From positions 624,138-688,137 of the forward strand of contig BCGN01000004.1 of assembly GCA_001599295.1 (NCBI GenBank): a stretch of DNA of 64,000 nucleotides, given 5' to 3'. Positions 12,460 to 25,049 of the stretch are shown in pieces. Origin of the DNA: Sporopachydermia quercuum (taxonomy: Eukaryota). The notes under the pieces are model-generated. The model did not search any database. It was not told where the DNA came from and was given only the letters and a program-made list of their open reading frames with translations. A program made the translations under genes and the position numbers. Position 1 is the stretch's first letter. Every line of letters begins with the position of its first letter.

Positions 12460-13070
12460 GACTTTATTTATATAAGAAGTTACTTCAAAGAAAAGAAATT
12501 GATAGACTAATCTTATGCATCAAGAGTATATGTCAACTACAATAAGAAGGTTGAGGGTTAGATAAGATATTAGAAGTTCGCTAAAACTACTTACAACAAC
12601 TGCAGTTAACAACCCTTTGTAAAATATAAAAGTGCAATCGAAAGAGAGAAATCAGATGAATATGACTTCATTATGAAAGATCCAGTTTATATCCAACAAT
12701 GAGTTTTTTTATTTACCTGTACTGATGAATCAACTCGATAAGAAAACCTTATAGCTTGAAAATTGTTCCACAAAAGACGTTCAACTTTAATTAACTTATC
12801 ACTAATAAAGTCAAACTATATTCTGCGAATGTCATTCAAAATAAAAGAACTTTAACTATTATTTCTGAACGGCGATACACTATCTTTTTGATAATCTTGA
12901 CAGAGGACTTTTTGAAACAATCAATTAAAGTGCGAGATCATCAATATTTTCTGCAATAAATCACTGGTTCTTAGACAGTAAAATTTAACAAACTTGCATA
13001 ATTTTTCACCGAGAAAAAAAGCCGTTCTAGATGAAATTTTAGCCTCATTCATAGCCTTTAACTTATCCCA
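12460..13070 (-). promoter_or_regulatory. Permease promoter with a TATA box and clustered GATAAG sites (nitrogen-catabolite-repression type)
   Basis: TATATAAA on the minus strand near 12467-12474. GATAAG/CTTATC occurs near 12561, 12737, 12796 and 13062. Confidence 0.4.
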
Positions 13071-15849
13071 AATAAGGTATTAGAATCAAAGCTATGGAGC
13101 TAAAACGATTTAAGGTTTTGAAGTTGATAATATTGACCTATTCAGTGTAGAAACGTTTTTATAGTTGCGCTTTCTGTTGCAAATTTGGGAAACCGTTTAT
13201 GAATGAAGGCTTCCATTTACAGAATTCTCCAGTGCAATTTAAAAAGCATTGAATAGAACAGTAGTAGACTGAAGATCGCTTAGGAGTACCATAAATAAAT
13301 TCTATATGATGATCATCATAGTATAATTTACGTGGTTGCATTTCTACATAGATAGATCCCTTGACAAAACTCGTACCCTGTAGAGACATTGATGTACCCT
13401 TAGTATTAAAGGATCAGTTGATAGATAGAACTTGATGAAAATATGTAGGGAGAATAAATTGTTAGATTGTACATTGATTGAGGTTTTACTTCTGATTTGC
13501 CCCATGCTTTCTTTGATTTCATGTAGTATGATATTTTGAGATGAAGATATAGAAGTAGATATGGAGTTCAATAGAAATAGGCAAACAATTACAATAGATT
13601 GAGTACAATATTTACATAAATTTCAAATGATGTATGTATACGAGACTAATTATTTATTTCGGGAAGTCACGACAGTGATCAAATTTAGTTGATGAGAACC
13701 TCATACCTCTTGTTTCCTAAATTAATTCTATTCTGTATATGTTATGAATGTGTGATTCCTTGAAGAGCTGAGAAAAATCTGTCAAACACTCGCAATAATA
13801 TTGGAAATACTCAACTTTAATCATTAACTAACTGTTGACAACAACAGTTGATTAATGACCTTTGCAGCTCAGAGAAGAATTGTTCTATTTCTTTAATTGT
13901 TTTGAAATTACAGAAATTGGGTTCTTTTGTTAATTGTAGCTTGCTTGTATAAATGCAAATATGAACTTTTTTCATTTCAAAGTGAGCAAAATAAACCTTA
14001 TTTAGGTAGAAAGAAGGCCTTGCATTAGAAGGCATTAAACGTAAACTGTATTTCCCAGAAAGGAATTTGAAATGTTATAAATGAATGAACATATGAAGGG
14101 AGCAAGCAATTTAAAGCCCAGCATCAGGAACTATTGTAGAATAGTGGAACATACAAATCATTCAATAGATAAAAATATCACAACAGAATTTGACCTTCAA
14201 GCTATTAAAGGAAGAAGCAGACATCTTTATTTCTTACTAACTGTTCATCATTAAATTTTCTGTTCAGCAATAAACAGCTGCCAAGGATTATGTATCCAGA
14301 GAAAATAAACAATAATTTCATACTTATTCAAAAACATAGATTTTTCATTCTACAAATTCTGATTTTAGAAGTGATGAGCTTTATACTGTTGTCAGTTCTT
14401 ATACCGGAAACAGTTTGAGCTACATTAAGTTGATATGATTGATAATTAGTCACACATATTGTTTTCAACCCCACTAACAAAAACAGACTTGTTTTCGATG
14501 TCTGAAGGTTTTGAGTTTATAAAATCAACACTTGGTTGCAAAAAATAAGGGTTTAGACTGTGTCCTCACAAGCTCATCAAGAGTCTCGGGAAGACGATAG
14601 TAAAAAGAATTGTGTCGCAAATGTCCAAAACTCAACAGTAAACATAGTTGGAGAAGAATTCAGGCCACTACTCTCGAACAATATGGAATAATAAANTTTN
14701 TATTTCAATAGTTTTTATTTTATTTGTTAACCAGAAAGACGATTTTGAAGATTCTGAAAGTTCATTATTAAACCAATCTTTCCGGAGCTGTAGCAGCAGA
14801 GAAAATTTAGGCTTACACTATGGAACCCGCTTTTAATCAGTAATGCTAGCTGAATGAACATCGACTTTTTACCTTTTTATGAAAGGTAGGGAAAATTTAT
14901 CGAAAGCATGATGCATTAACAAATCATGAGACATTTTAGTTATTAGGACACTCCTTATAGATTTGCTAACTTTTCGGCGATCAACTATTAATAATCTTGC
15001 TTTGCGCCTTTACAAAGTGAATAAATCAGTAGCAAAGGGGGTTTCAGTATTTCTTTAATTGACTCATTAAGAGCTCAAGCTTCTCCAATTGTTTCTGTTT
15101 GATCCTGATAAAAGGCAGGTTCAAACCATTGAAATTACTAAAACGCTAACAATTCACCCAAGTTTAAAACTTATCATGCATCTTCAGCTTCTATACACAT
15201 TGTACAATATAAATGCTACCTTTATATTGTACTATTCAAACCGAACAAATAATAACTATTCTAAAATTCAACAATTCATCCTTNAAATATACTTATTGAA
15301 AAAAAAAAGAAGACAAAAAGACATTAGAGTTCATTCGCTCCTGCAGGAACATAAACACGCATAAACTTAACATCTTAGATAAATACTGTTTTTGTTTTGC
15401 AAGTAACTGATCCCGAGCAAGCAAATAGACGTCTCTAGGGATATCCTTGCACCCTCAAAAACCGTATTTTTCGTATTATGTGTTTTCATTCATAATCTTT
15501 TGAATTCTCCAGCAATTTTCGTAAACACTGTTTGAATTGAGTAGGAAATGTGCCTATAGTTCAAGGACACTTCATTGTAAATGTCAAAATGTTCAATCAT
15601 TCTCATTCATACGTACAATTGTTTTCGTAATTCACAAATGATTGAGATATCTGAATGTCACTTATCTAACTTTTTACCCTCGCCTATAGAACCAGCTTAA
15701 ACCTTAATCTTAATGGGGTCAAACTTCAAGCTTTTATTTTCGCACTGAAAGCTTTTAGCCAGATGCTATCCTTCGTCGTTAGTTGTAGTTTTTACTTTCA
15801 CTGATTGCTAGTCTAGCAGCAACTCACAAGATAGAAAACTGAAAAAAGT

Positions 15850-16290
15850 TTATTGCACGGCAGATGAGCTTTTAAGATTGAAAATATTTATTGAAGATTA
15901 CCATAAACGACAAAAGGGATGGACGATAAGAAATTTTAAAAGATGTATCTGATGTGGTGTTCAAATAGGAAATTATTTGATTATCAATGTCAAAAAGACG
16001 TGCTTGTGGGGGCCGGACGAATCGTAGAAGTCAATGAACGGAAATAGCATGTTTTGGTAGAAGTTCTTTTATTTGTAGAATATTTGATCGAAAGTGGGCT
16101 CGTTCCAAAAAACCGAATCGAACAAACTGGTCACATTCTGTGGTAATAGACTGTTTCGCTTAATCTTTCGCGCTGTTTCCTATATTAGTTAATAAATTTT
16201 AAGTCATAATTGACAATAATTACTGAAGAGCCTGCTCGCTTATNATTTCTATTGCACCAAGAAGAGTATAAGTTTCACTATGTTTTCAGC
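15850..16290 (+). mobile_element. Degenerate Merlin/IS1595(ISXO2)-like DDE transposase relic
   Basis: Frameshifted fragments appear in family order: LVGAGRIVEVNERK (16003-16044), ICRIFDR, LVPKNRIEQT, IIDNNY*RACSL (16206-16241), QEEYKFHYV. Confidence 0.45.
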
Positions 16291-17034
16291 AGAATACTTA
16301 GGCACACGATATAGTTCTACCGGTGACTTGCCTTTAATGAGATAAATTGAACAATGATTAACTAAGTAAAAAAGTCACAAATGAAATAAAAACTAAATTA
16401 TCTCTCTCATCAACCAGGATTTAGGATAAACAATTGATAAGCCGTACGAATATGGGAGGAATCTCTAATACCTTTGTCAAAATCAAAAATCTCGAGTTGT
16501 TTTAGGTTGCATGTAGTCATGCACAATAATGCATTAAATGACACCTTGCATTAAGTGTTTTTAAAACACACACACACTAGTTTCTAAATGTCCTTTAGAT
16601 TTGAAAGTAGGGACCCATTCCTAATTGTCTTGAAACTCTATAAATTGAATGTTCAGATTAGAAATTGGCTTCCATGATCACAGAATTTTGGCATTGGGAT
16701 TCATGTTATTAGTAATCATTTTATCCATTTTACATTCCAAAGTAAAGTTTTCACTTTGACAATAATTTTCTCGGACTTTATTATTATATTATTATAGAGT
16801 ATACTTCGCGTCTCTTCTTAGTATCAAAGGATACTCTCCGTAATTCTACAATCGTTTCCGAAATTGCTATTACCTGTCAAAGGTTTTCGTGCAATTTGAT
16901 CTAATCAAAACAAACAACAAACTAAAGAATATTATGATCAATGATATCTCATAAATCATATAAACTTACTATGGTTCCTATTAGCACCTTATATCAAAAG
17001 AATCTGCGGTATAAATATAGAGTATTATTTCAAA

Positions 17035-17714
17035 ATGTCAAACCTTGCATTATCAACGAGGTCTAATGATCAAGTTGTTGATCAACTAGTTTCTTCACAA
17101 CCTATCACAAGGATAAAGCTTAGTGAAAAAGAGATAAAAAACTGGCGTATGTGTTATTTCATTAGCTGGTATTTATTCATTAGCAATATGATTAGTTTGT
17201 TGTTATTGATCAGTTTTGCAGTTGTTTTGAAGCTCTTTTACTGACTATCTTAATAGCAACTGTTCGTGCAATTGATATGGACGATGAAGACATGAAGTAT
17301 GAAGCAATCTCATTAGCACTTGAAGCAGAGCATCAATTTGGAAGCCAGAAAGACATAGCAGGTTATATTAAGAAAGGAGTAAGTGCTTTTTTTATTTTTA
17401 TTTTTATTTTTTTTTGGTTTCAACTCTACAGGGCTGTTCATAAAACTATTTGAGCACTACTAACATTTCAGATGGATGAAAAGTACGGTAAAACGTGGCA
17501 TTGCATAGTAGGGACAGACTTTGGTAGTTATGTTACACATGGTAAGTGAGAAGACTTTCTTATATGGAATCTGCATCTTTTTTTAATATCGAAACGTTTG
17601 CTTTACGAATTCTACCCTTAAGAGTTGTCACTAACCAGATTATTAGAAAGTGGACATTTTATATACTTCGAAATCAGAGATGAAATGGCCATCTTATTAT
17701 TCAGAACTGTCTGA
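17035..17714 (+). CDS. DYN2: Dynein light chain LC8; exons 17035-17146, 17257-17378, 17472-17541 and 17647-17714, 123 aa
   Basis: Three GT-AG introns with branch sites TACTGAC, TACTAAC and CACTAAC. The spliced product contains [41 protein letters not shown]. It neighbours SNX41, as in S. cerevisiae. Confidence 0.92.
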
Positions 17715-19954
17715 AACCCAAATTTGAGTATAGGTATCCTATATGATAATATTGGTAGATGATACAAAAGGAGGTGAAGATAAATACATTTCTTTCAGTA
17801 CTGGCTCTACAAGTAATAAAAAGAAAGCATAATGCAAATACAATAGTCTATCCTTGGTGTCAGACGAACTACATAATTGTTGTATATTGACTAAATAATG
17901 TTAATCTATTCAGATTTCGTCAACATACCTATGTTTCTAGCGTTTGGCTCCATGGGAGGTCTAAAGACAGCAAGAGGAATGAAAACATTGAGAAAATAAG
18001 CATATATCTGACTGATAACCATTATAGAAGAACTAATCAAAGAAAAAGGTAAAGGATTTTACGATACTAGATGTTTCAATCTAACGCCACGCGCTGGATC
18101 CTCGAATCTTTTCAGACAATGAGGTCAAATACGAGCTAGTATGATTGATGATATAGAACTCTCTCCAAGGTTAGCACGAGCGCTTATAACTTCCTGAAAA
18201 AGAGCTTATAGATGAGTAAACAGATTACGATCTTTGACACCTATTTATAACTTAGTATATACCACTCCAATGTACCAAACATATATNACTGCCGCAACTG
18301 TTTGTATGTACATCTATGGTCAATTTATCTGTGGTTGATTCTAACAGCTCACGCTTTTCATTCAAGCATTATGATGCCTCCCATTGAACAGGTGTCTGTC
18401 AGACAAAGTGACAACTTGCTGTAACATTTCTATCAAAGCTTTATTTGATATAATTACGAGAAATCAAATGCTTCAACATGCTTTCAAGTAGTTTACTAAA
18501 AAGGCAGTAAGGATCTTGGTTTTTATACCCGATCTGGAATTAAGCTTGGAGATGAGGTTGTGCTAAACTTAATTCGGTTTATTCTCCACTAAAAATCTTC
18601 ATGGAGCACCGTATAATTCAAGTACAACTAGTAAACAGTAGAAACTAGAATTAAACTTATATAATATACGATAATAGAATTTAAATCAATAGTACTATCA
18701 TCAATGAGGCTCCAATGAGCTTTGTTTGTAAACATTTAGAGCATGTCTAGTAGAGACTAGAAGTTGCATTATGACAGTGTTGTATAAGAAGTTGAATGGT
18801 GGGCATACTTGGAGATTAAGTAATATTTAATGCATCGAACAGACACTAATATTTATCAAGTTACCTTTTATTAAATCACTAGCAAAAATACCCTTTACAA
18901 GATTAGTTCTTCTGCAGAGAATGATCAAGAACTAGCGATAATCAAGTGAATGCGAAGAATCACGCTTCTTTCAACAATGATCCCCATACAGTTGCTCACT
19001 AGTCTACTATCTCTCAAATCTGTTTCTGAATTAAGCACCAATTGAAATGGTGAAAAAAAGTATCCAGAATCCCAACGTACTTCAGCCCAATGAACATACT
19101 ACTATCTATCAATCATAAGTACTGATTTTATTTGCTAGCCATTGCATTCCCACTTGTCCCATATCAGGTTTCCTTTAGAATAATACCGTATCTGTCCCTT
19201 ATGTTCAATTGATGACATAATCTTAATTCTTGATGATGACGTCTTGTTTGATTTTCAAACCTTTAAATTCCTCCTCAATAATATGCAGATATTATGCAAA
19301 GACTTATCTATTAATACTAAATAATCATTCAGTATACTGAATAAAGAGCTCATACTTTCATATTTGCATAAAAGTAAATTCCAAGGAGGGTTATACAAAT
19401 ACTTGACGTTATTAGATAAAGAAAATTAGAATAATTTTGTACAAATATTTACATTCTCCGCCTACCACTCTTCAATTTTTTCCCTGCAAAAATATGTACA
19501 AGTTCCTTTCCTTACATATTATTACATCATAAATTTCTCTCAATTTACTGGATCTCCAGCTTCTCCCCCTTACAACACAGTCTCTTATCAATGGATGGCT
19601 ATCAACATCTTCACACATACTATGAGAACTCTATTGTACAACAAGTCCTTCTCCTATAGTTTAACAGAACGCCCTACAAATAATTATTATAATTTAAGAT
19701 CTGAGCACTAAACTAAAATAACATACAGCTTAGTCACCTACTTTTTCTTTTCTCGTCGAACAAATTTACCAAAACTAATAGACACGCTACAATACTGCCA
19801 AGTACTCTAAGTTATAGTGCTACCTGGCTTACTGGTATCAGCTTGAGTGCAAAGGAAAAGCTCAAGTGAAAGGATCTGTAAACAAAGCCCAAAATAAGTA
19901 CAGCTAAACGAATAGTGCTTGGAGAATACTGTTTTTGCAATTCAAAACTCTATT

Positions 19955-22450
19955 ATGTATTCCGTACTTGAAGAAGACAATAACCCATTCCCAGATTCTT
20001 CCATACTTGATTCTTCGCAACATGAAGACAATCCATTTGGCGCCAATTCTGTATCACCTATTGAAGACAGACCAATTTCTGCTACAGTGATATACGGAAC
20101 TCATCAATCAGTCTTAGGAAACTCATCGGGCTCTTTACCTTTATCATATGCATCCAATAACTCAAATCAACCACATCATCTCGATAATGATCTTATGGGG
20201 TCTGGGGTCTGGGATCAGAATCTGACATCGTCTCCAACATCTACCGGACTTAATGATCATGATTATTCTATTGATAATAGTAATATTAGCAAAAATTCTC
20301 ATCAATGGAGTCAACTGAATGATCAGCATAGTGATGACATGGTGACAGTGCCACCATCAGCACCTCAATGGGATCATCTAGGCTCGGATAATGAATTCAA
20401 CCAACCAATGGACAAGACAACGAAAATGACTTCCGATATAATGAACTCTGATGGTAAATCCAATAAAAAGCTAGCTGATCACTATTTAACTCACGCTCAA
20501 GAGATACTACATTCATGGGATCCAATCAATGAGAAGATTTACATTACGGAGCACGAGAAACTAAAAGATTATCGTCAAAAGAGCTATATTGTATATATAA
20601 TTCCATTGAGAGAACTCACCATCAAGAGAAGGTACAACGAATTTGAAAGTTTATGCAAATGTCTTGTCAGATTGTTTCCTACCTTAGTAATTCCAACAAT
20701 ACCTGAAAAGCATTCAGTTACAGACTACTTAACTTCACCGCGTCATGCAAGATCTAATCTAGAGATTATCGAATATAGGAAGCTATCCTTCTCATCATTT
20801 CTTAATAAATGTCTAGCAATCAGTGAATTACGGACTAGTAATGTTCTGGCATTCTTTCTAGATTCTAATGTTTCGTGGTCGGAAATGCTTAATACTTCAA
20901 TAGCAGCTAAGCTACCTGTTTCATCTCTATTCGCCCCTCCTATTGATCCCATACAAAACCTTACACCTTTGCATAGTTATCTTCCTGCACCAACTATTTC
21001 TCAGCTGTTAAATTATGAGAATGTTTGCAAGCAATTAAGCCCGTACCTTTCTGTTGATAAGATAGGTCGAAAGCCATTGAAAGGTTCTAGACGAAGAAAC
21101 GATTCAACATCATCATCCAGAATCTCAACAACTGGAAACCATGCAAGTAATAATCAACTAGATGGTAATGGATCTACCGATTCAAGCAAGGTTATTGATA
21201 ATCATATTTTTTTTAATGTCATTGAAGATAAGTATCGAGCGATTGATGCTGCGGGTGGTCTCCCCTTAGAGAAAAGCGTGAGAAGAATCAATAAACGGCA
21301 CACCAAACTTAGTAGTGAATGTACAGACCTAGGTGCTTTCTGTAATGCGTTCTCATTACAGGAAGAAGAGTACCCGTATGCAAGACAACTAGCTCCTATT
21401 ATAGAATCAGTGGGACAGGCTTATGATACTGCAAGTCTCACAACCGAAGCTTTAAGAATTGCATTTGAAAGGTCAGTCGTTAATCCTTACAACGAAATCC
21501 ACCAAATGCTCGTATTTAATGATTTAGGATTAAACAGTACTTCTCTTACTAACAGTACGGGCTCCGGATTAGACCGGACATTGAAGTATCGCAAGATCAG
21601 GTACTTACAGCAACTGATACTGGCAAAAGCTATATTTGATAAGAAAGCAAGACTAGAAAGACTAATCAGTGAATTGGAGCAGGCAATAAGAATAGAAGAA
21701 GCGTTGAAAAAGTTTGAGAGCTTTTCTACAATCAAAGACGACAAAGAAGCTTCCGGAGCTGAAGCGGTAAGTGCTTCAGATGCCAATGAACCCTCAACTA
21801 TTGAAACAGTATCTAAGTTTGTATCAGGCGCACCTATTGAACATACAGAACCAGAACAAATCCAGAATTCTCACACAAGAACCGATGGTATAGGCGAGAG
21901 CAGCAATGTTGATAATGGTCATACTGGTGTTGACAAGACAGCCAACGGAAACGGTATTGGAGCTGTGAACAATTCTATCGTAGACACTGGCAATGACTAT
22001 GATCCAATGTTAGATGTGAAATCTATCCCAAGCGTTTCTACAACTGATGCTGAGGACATTGGTATTGAATCTGTACCTCCTCAACCAAGATCTTGGTGGT
22101 CTATGTTTGGAGCTCGTTCTTCAGGAAAATCACCACAACAGAAAACCATCGATTACAGACGTCAAGAGATTACTTGTTTACAACAGGATATAACACAGTA
22201 CACTAAAGTTTTGAAGCTAGCGACTCAAGAATCATTCACCACTGATAATGCTATCAGAAAGTCTGTTGAGAGATTTGAAACATCTCTTCGTGAAGAACAT
22301 AAGTCAATTATCAAGGAGTATGGTTCTATTATCAAAACATGGGCACAGGAGAATCTCAAAGCATGGGAAACAACACGTGATCAAATCAGAAGTGCTAAAG
22401 TTAGTGAAGTGTATTTTTTCCAATATGAACCAAAGAGGCGTAATATCTAA
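19955..22450 (+). CDS. SNX41: PX-BAR sorting nexin (Snx41/Atg20 family)
   Basis: PX motif IKRRYNEFESLCKCLVRLFPTLVIPTIPEKHS, followed by BAR-like helices. The ATG is at 19955 (the ORF track starts at a TTG). Synteny with DYN2 and RPN9 supports the call. Confidence 0.85.
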   Translation: MYSVLEEDNNPFPDSSILDSSQHEDNPFGANSVSPIEDRPISATVIYGTHQSVLGNSSGSLPLSYASNNSNQPHHLDNDLMGSGVWDQNLTSSPTSTGLNDHDYSIDNSNISKNSHQWSQLNDQHSDDMVTVPPSAPQWDHLGSDNEFNQPMDKTTKMTSDIMNSDGKSNKKLADHYLTHAQEILHSWDPINEKIYITEHEKLKDYRQKSYIVYIIPLRELTIKRRYNEFESLCKCLVRLFPTLVIPTIPEKHSVTDYLTSPRHARSNLEIIEYRKLSFSSFLNKCLAISELRTSNVLAFFLDSNVSWSEMLNTSIAAKLPVSSLFAPPIDPIQNLTPLHSYLPAPTISQLLNYENVCKQLSPYLSVDKIGRKPLKGSRRRNDSTSSSRISTTGNHASNNQLDGNGSTDSSKVIDNHIFFNVIEDKYRAIDAAGGLPLEKSVRRINKRHTKLSSECTDLGAFCNAFSLQEEEYPYARQLAPIIESVGQAYDTASLTTEALRIAFERSVVNPYNEIHQMLVFNDLGLNSTSLTNSTGSGLDRTLKYRKIRYLQQLILAKAIFDKKARLERLISELEQAIRIEEALKKFESFSTIKDDKEASGAEAVSASDANEPSTIETVSKFVSGAPIEHTEPEQIQNSHTRTDGIGESSNVDNGHTGVDKTANGNGIGAVNNSIVDTGNDYDPMLDVKSIPSVSTTDAEDIGIESVPPQPRSWWSMFGARSSGKSPQQKTIDYRRQEITCLQQDITQYTKVLKLATQESFTTDNAIRKSVERFETSLREEHKSIIKEYGSIIKTWAQENLKAWETTRDQIRSAKVSEVYFFQYEPKRRNI

Positions 22451-23111
22451 TACAGTTGAAGATCAAGACTTCCTAGAACCTGCAGAACATTCTATGCTTA
22501 TGATTGTACTTAGTTTGAAGAAATATGTTTTTACGCTATGTTTATTACTTATCTTTTCATGAGCGATTTTCATGTAACTTTCTCGTCTAATTACCTTCAA
22601 TCAAACATATTCTCTTTCTCTCTCTTATTATATCTCCATTATTAGTGATTACTGCAAAACATAACACACCTCATCTACCCATTAATCCTAATTACGGAAA
22701 CAACAATGAACTAAATAAACTTTAATATCCTATATTTCTAAACGGAAGCTGCAATTCTCTAATAAATTATCACATAATCATTAATTATTGCCACATAATT
22801 AATTATACGAGCTTTTAAACGATAAGACATTTAACACGCATGCATTTTGTTTCTATTTTATTTTTTACAGAATTTCTTCGCACTCTCTTCTCTATTTACT
22901 ATTTCGATATCTCTAATTGTTTTTATTTTACCAATTGAATATTGACTGAATAATAATATAGTCGGAGTGTCAACATTGATTTCAATAAGCTGCCTGAAAG
23001 TTAAACTTCAAACTATCATAATCGACAGCTATTGATTAATTCGTTGATTCTACATCTATACATTAACAATTGATACTGAAGAGATATACCATCAGCTTCC
23101 AAACCAATACA

Positions 23112-25049
23112 ATGGACGAACCGAATCAAGAAAGTATTCAGCAAATTAAAGAAGTTATTGGTATAGAGGACGAAGATCGAGCAAAACAGCTGCTACAGTT
23201 GTCGAATAATAACATACATCATGCCGTTGAACTTCATTTCGATAACCCTGATTTAACACCTCTATTAGAAGCTCGTAATGCGAGGCAAGCAGCAGAGCAT
23301 ATCAGAAACCTACCAGAACCAGTGCAAGTACCTCAAAATGAAGGACATTTCAATGCTATCCCCAATTTACCTAGAGATAGACCTGCCAATTCTTTTATAG
23401 ATGGAATGCTAGCCTTTGAACAGCTACCCAGAGCTCCTTATATAAGTGGTAGAAACACAGTGATACGGTTGAAATCAATACCGAAAGCCGAATCTAAAGA
23501 GATAGAGAAAACAGCAAGAAGCGGAAATGTGAATAACTCAACTTGGGCAGCTATTAAATGGGTCCTATATTATCCTATTGGCTTAGCAGTAAAACTTGGC
23601 TCAGGTCTCTTTTGGCTTTTCCTTTATATACTGTTTCCTAGTACCAGATCTAGTAAAACCAGCTCTAAACAAATAGTACGGGAAACAGAATTAGGAGATA
23701 CGAAATTAAATGCTGAGATCTTTGTTGCTGAATTCACGAAGATGNTCTCTAAGAACCAGGGTGCAGAGACTGAAGAGGAAAAAGAAGAAGAAGAAGACGA
23801 AGAAGAAGAAGAAGAAGAAAATAGTGACAATGAAAAGAGGGATCTTCTGGTTGACGATGGAGAACATGATAAGGAGTTTGTAGAACCATCGTCGTCTTCG
23901 ACATCAATTTCAACATCTGCTACAGTTGTAACAAAAAGATCAAATAAAGCCTCAAGAACTAATGAAAAAACACCTTGTAGAATTCAATGGTTCATTGGTG
24001 GCTATAATGATGCCCTAAATCATATAAAACAANCTATTAAACCTTTAATTGTTGTTCTGCAAAACGATGAAAACGACGAACCCACCAAAGAATTCAATAG
24101 AAACGTTCTCAATAGTCCCGAAGTCTCAAAATTCCTAAAAGACAATGACATAGTCATTTGGGGGGGAAATGTCTTTCAAATTGAAGCTTATAAACTCGCT
24201 GGATTATTACAATCTACTCGCCAGCCTTTTGTAGGTGTAATTCTTCCTTTGCCCTCATCTGCAACACCTGCTCCTACTCCTACTATCATGAAGCGTTTTC
24301 AAGGCAATAAAATCACTAAAAGTTATTTTATACGTAATGTACAACTTATCCTTGATAAGTATGAACCTCAGCTAGTATCTTTACGTTATGATATGCAAGA
24401 ATTAGAGCAAAGCAGACAGATTCGACAAAGTCAGGATGAAGCTTACGAAGCTAGTTTGCGTGCAGATCAAGAAAGGGAACTGAAACGTCTTGAAGAAGAA
24501 AGATTAAAACAGGAGACAGAAAGGGAGGCTCTAGAGAGTTTAAAACGAGCCCAAGAGTTAGAGTTGAATAGAATTGAGTCATTGCTTGTTCGTAATAAAT
24601 GGTTGGGTTCAAAGCTTGAATGGTATCAAGATCAAGAAGAAATGAATAGTGACGATAGTCAATGGACTAAAGGTCAATTTGCTCGGATTTCAATAAAATT
24701 CCCTGACGGTGAACGAATTATCAGAAAATTCCCTGCTGATTTCCATTTATTCCAATTATACCTTTTTATTGAATGCTATCGATACAACAAAGGATTATTA
24801 GATGTGGGGTATGATACTGAGACATACAAGCCTCGTGAAGATAGAATTATGGCAGAATTAGAGTCTTTTCAACTAGAAGATTTCACATTCGAATTGAGCT
24901 CTCCTTTCCCTAAAAGACTATTGGATCATTCTGCTAATATAGAACTAAAAGACTGTAACGATGTATTCCCAAGTGGATCACTGATTGTCGAAGAGGTATG
25001 CGATCTCAGTGATAATGAAACTGAGACGGACGATGAGGATGAGGAGTAA
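23112..25049 (+). CDS. UBX2: UBA-UAS-UBX Cdc48 cofactor with a membrane hairpin (Ubx2/FAF2 family)
   Basis: N-terminal UBA-like helices, hydrophobic hairpin WVLYYPIGLAVKLGSGLFWLFLYILF, UAS domain, coiled coil QDEAYEASLRADQE, and UBX motifs ARISIKFPDGERIIRKF and SPFPKR. Confidence 0.85.
   Translation: MDEPNQESIQQIKEVIGIEDEDRAKQLLQLSNNNIHHAVELHFDNPDLTPLLEARNARQAAEHIRNLPEPVQVPQNEGHFNAIPNLPRDRPANSFIDGMLAFEQLPRAPYISGRNTVIRLKSIPKAESKEIEKTARSGNVNNSTWAAIKWVLYYPIGLAVKLGSGLFWLFLYILFPSTRSSKTSSKQIVRETELGDTKLNAEIFVAEFTKMXSKNQGAETEEEKEEEEDEEEEEEENSDNEKRDLLVDDGEHDKEFVEPSSSSTSISTSATVVTKRSNKASRTNEKTPCRIQWFIGGYNDALNHIKQXIKPLIVVLQNDENDEPTKEFNRNVLNSPEVSKFLKDNDIVIWGGNVFQIEAYKLAGLLQSTRQPFVGVILPLPSSATPAPTPTIMKRFQGNKITKSYFIRNVQLILDKYEPQLVSLRYDMQELEQSRQIRQSQDEAYEASLRADQERELKRLEEERLKQETEREALESLKRAQELELNRIESLLVRNKWLGSKLEWYQDQEEMNSDDSQWTKGQFARISIKFPDGERIIRKFPADFHLFQLYLFIECYRYNKGLLDVGYDTETYKPREDRIMAELESFQLEDFTFELSSPFPKRLLDHSANIELKDCNDVFPSGSLIVEEVCDLSDNETETDDEDEE

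Noticed and set aside
13159..14035. Short minus-strand ORFs, and a YSCAFC...KKH zinc-finger-like fragment on the + strand
   Set aside because: No recognisable family and many stops; indistinguishable from chance by eye.
17900..18500. Possible minus-strand spliced gene or ncRNA downstream of DYN2
   Set aside because: The intron-like signals do not join into an open frame, and no RNA family motif was recognised.
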